The position numbers were made by a program, and so were the translations under genes. The notes beneath the pieces are model-generated. The model ran no database searches and was not told the origin of the DNA. It saw only the letters and a program-made list of their open reading frames with translations. Below, one piece after another: positions 61,623-64,000 of a stretch of DNA of 64,000 bases (its first letter is position 1; every line of letters starts with the position of its first letter). Where the stretch lies: contig CAWHBU010000002.1 of the NCBI GenBank assembly GCA_963827685.1, positions 1,152,001-1,216,000 of the forward strand, read 5' to 3'. This DNA is from an uncultured delta proteobacterium (lineage in GTDB: Bacteria > Desulfobacterota > BSN033 > UBA1163).

Positions 61623-62807
61623 TCACGGCTTTCTAAGGGCCTCGATGCCTGGCAACTTCTTCCCTTCGAGAAATTCGAGGGAGGCTCCACCTCCAGTAGA
61701 AATATGACTGATTCTATCCGCCACCCCTGCCTGGTTCACTGCAGCAACAGAATCTCCTCCCCCCACAATACTGAAGGCTGAGGAGTTTGCGATCGCCTTT
61801 GCTATGGCAGACGTCCCCTGGCTGAATGGCTCCAACTCAAAGACACCCATCGGTCCATTCCATACAATGGTTTTGGCAGATTTGATCTCTTCTGAAAAGG
61901 TCTTCACTGTCTCCGGCCCAATATCCAGGCAGACCCATCCCGATGGAATCTTATCGTTCTTTACAACCTCTCTCTTCGCTTGAATATCCATTCGTTCGGC
62001 AGCGATATGATCAGAAGGGAGAAGAAACTTGATCTTCCCCTTTGCTTTTTCAAGGAGGTTGAGCGAGAACCCAATTTGGTCCTCTTCGACAAGTGATTTT
62101 CCTACTTGAAATCCCTCTCCTTTAAGGAAAGTATAGGCCATCCCTCCCCCAATCAGGAGGGTGGTCACCTTATCCAGAAGATTTTGGATCACACCTATCT
62201 TATCAGAAACCTTTGCACCCCCGAGAATCGCCACATAAGGCTTTTGGGGGTTCACCAGAGCCTTCTCCAGACTCTCAACCTCTTTCATCATTAAAAATCC
62301 TGCCGCCACGGTCTTCACATAACGTGTCATTCCTTCTGTGGAGGCATGGGCTCGGTGAGCTGTCCCAAAAGCATCGTTGACATAAACGTCACAGAGGGAG
62401 GCCAGGGCTTTTGAAAAAGCTTCTTCATTCCTCTCCTCCTCAGGATGGAACCTGAGATTTTCCAGGAGAAGGATTTCCCCTTCTTGCATTCCTCCAATCT
62501 GTTTCTGAACCGCTTCCCCAATGCAATCCGTGGCTAAAGCCACTTTTTTCCCCAATCGTTGAGACAACCTTTTAACAACCGGGGCCAGACTAAATTTAGG
62601 ATCCTTCTTTCCTTTAGGTCTCCCCAGATGAGAGGCAAGGATGACCTTCCCCCCGGCTTCGCTGACAAACCGAATGGTTGGAAGGGAGAGGAGAATCCGA
62701 GTGTCATCGGTAATGTCACCCTTCTCGTCCTGAGGAACATTAAAATCGACCCGAATGAATACCCGCTTCCCTTTCAATTCAATTTGGTCTACGGCTTGGA
62801 TTGGCAT
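61623..62807 (-). CDS. pgk: Phosphoglycerate kinase
   Basis: RVDFNVP, SHLGRP, DAFGTAHRAH, HISTGGGASLE. Confidence 0.98.
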   Translation of the reverse strand: MPIQAVDQIELKGKRVFIRVDFNVPQDEKGDITDDTRILLSLPTIRFVSEAGGKVILASHLGRPKGKKDPKFSLAPVVKRLSQRLGKKVALATDCIGEAVQKQIGGMQEGEILLLENLRFHPEEERNEEAFSKALASLCDVYVNDAFGTAHRAHASTEGMTRYVKTVAAGFLMMKEVESLEKALVNPQKPYVAILGGAKVSDKIGVIQNLLDKVTTLLIGGGMAYTFLKGEGFQVGKSLVEEDQIGFSLNLLEKAKGKIKFLLPSDHIAAERMDIQAKREVVKNDKIPSGWVCLDIGPETVKTFSEEIKSAKTIVWNGPMGVFELEPFSQGTSAIAKAIANSSAFSIVGGGDSVAAVNQAGVADRISHISTGGGASLEFLEGKKLPGIEALRKP

Positions 62808-62898
62808 GAATCGCTCTAACCTCACCCCCACCCTTACCCGTCAAGGGGGAAGGAATTTTCTGAACGAAACAAAGAATTTTCCCCTTCCTTGCGGCAGG

Positions 62899-63116
62899 GA
62901 AGGTTTGAAAAAATTGTCCCCCGTGCAGAGGGCGGGCAGGGATGTCGTAAAAGTTTTACAGCGGTACCTCTTCACGTTGGCTATTTACAATGAAAAACTC
63001 TCCCACATATTGACCACTTACAGGCCTTTGTTACCTTTATCCTCTTAAGTAACCGCATTTGTAAAACTTTGGAGATATTCTTGCCCGCCCGGCTCCCCGA
63101 ATTTTTTCACAGCTTC
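62899..63116. mobile_element. MITE-like element with long imperfect inverted repeats and possible AGG duplication
   Basis: GAAGGTTTGAAAAAATT...GGGCGGGCAGG...AAAGTTTTACA / TGTAAAACTTT...CTTGCCCGCCC...AATTTTTTCACAGCTTC. Confidence 0.6.
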
Positions 63117-63153
63117 AGGGAATGGATGGGAGGGCGAACGATTCAGAATTCCT

Positions 63154-64000
63154 TCATTTCTTCCCAAATAGATATAACAGCAACTCTACCATTCGATTGG
63201 AAAAACCCCATTCGTTGTCATACCAGGAGATAATCTTCGCCAATTTTCCACCGATCACCTTCGTTGACGGACCATCCACAATGGAAGAATGGGGATTACC
63301 ATTGAAGTCAATGGAGACAAGAGGTTCCTCACAAAAACTCAAGATCCCTTTTAATTTCCCTTCTGCATAGGACTTTAAAACCTTATTCATCTCTTCTACG
63401 GTTGTCTCTTTTTTCAACCTGGCTACCAGATCGACCACAGAGACATTCGGTGTGGGCACCCGGATGGCCATCCCGTCCATCTTCCCTTTCAATTCCGGGA
63501 TGACCAAGGAGAGGGCGGTGGCCGCCCCTGTGGTGGTTGGAATCATGGACATTCCAGCTGCCCTGGCCCGGCGAAGATCCCGGTGCGGAAAATCGAGAAT
63601 CACCTGATCATTGGTATAGGCATGAATGGTGGTCATCAGTCCATATTCCACCCCGAACTCATCCACCAATATCTTGGCAACAGGAGCAAGACAGTTCGTT
63701 GTGCAAGATCCCATGGAAATGATGTGATGCTTTGAAGGATTATAATCCTTCTCATTGACTCCTAAGACCAAGGAAACATCCGGGTCTTTCGCCGGTGCGG
63801 AAACGACCACCTTTTTTGCACCCGCTTCAATGTGTTTTGAACCGCCTGCTCGGTCCGTAAACCTCCCTGTGCTTTCGAGTACCGCATCCACTCCCAAATC
63901 CTTCCAGGGAAGCTGACCCGGGTCTTTGAGCGCAAAGACCTTCACCTCTTTTCCGTCGATCAAGATGGCATCCTTCTTCGCTTCGACCCGTGCCCCAAAT
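63154..64000 (-). CDS. gap: Glyceraldehyde-3-phosphate dehydrogenase type I (5'-truncated by window edge)
   Basis: GSCTTNCLAP, RRARAA, RVPTPNVS, WYDNEWG. Confidence 0.97.
   Translation of the reverse strand, partial: FGARVEAKKDAILIDGKEVKVFALKDPGQLPWKDLGVDAVLESTGRFTDRAGGSKHIEAGAKKVVVSAPAKDPDVSLVLGVNEKDYNPSKHHIISMGSCTTNCLAPVAKILVDEFGVEYGLMTTIHAYTNDQVILDFPHRDLRRARAAGMSMIPTTTGAATALSLVIPELKGKMDGMAIRVPTPNVSVVDLVARLKKETTVEEMNKVLKSYAEGKLKGILSFCEEPLVSIDFNGNPHSSIVDGPSTKVIGGKLAKIISWYDNEWGFSNRMVELLLYLFGKK

Overview
Chromosomal window from a diderm anaerobe; gene content and repeat types suggest Desulfobacterota/Deltaproteobacteria (inference). 1-31.2 kb is a dense nitrogen-assimilation island: two Amt transporters, a porin, three P-II proteins (one degenerate), a class I glutamine amidotransferase, IS-interrupted asnB, frameshifted glnD, two glutamine synthetases (GSI-beta and GSI-alpha) and two very different glutamate synthases. 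One is the known split archaeal-type cluster. The other is an apparent ~2530-aa polyprotein: FAD-linked 2-hydroxy-acid-oxidase-like domain, four Fe-S motifs, a dead FMN barrel, an active FMN barrel, an internal Ntn amidotransferase and a GXGXG domain. This is the best candidate for an undescribed system. Both glnA leaders carry ANTAR-type dual hairpins overlapping terminators, and two sigma54 promoters share a tandem 16-bp upstream motif. 33-44 kb holds carAB-dcd, a NitT/TauT ABC transporter and a divergent UPRT-like enzyme. The rest contains accessory genes (aldo/keto reductase, GT39 glycosyltransferase, D-Ala-D-Ala carboxypeptidase, 2-hydroxyacyl-CoA dehydratase pair, glycoside hydrolase, nitroreductase, HD-GYP protein, kinases, HAL2 phosphatase) and gap-pgk-tpiA-secG-tRNA-Leu. 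There are three IS200 elements, one DDE IS and many nested MITE/REP-like repeats. Several single-base deletions in short homopolymers suggest sequencing errors. No CRISPR array or rRNA was seen.
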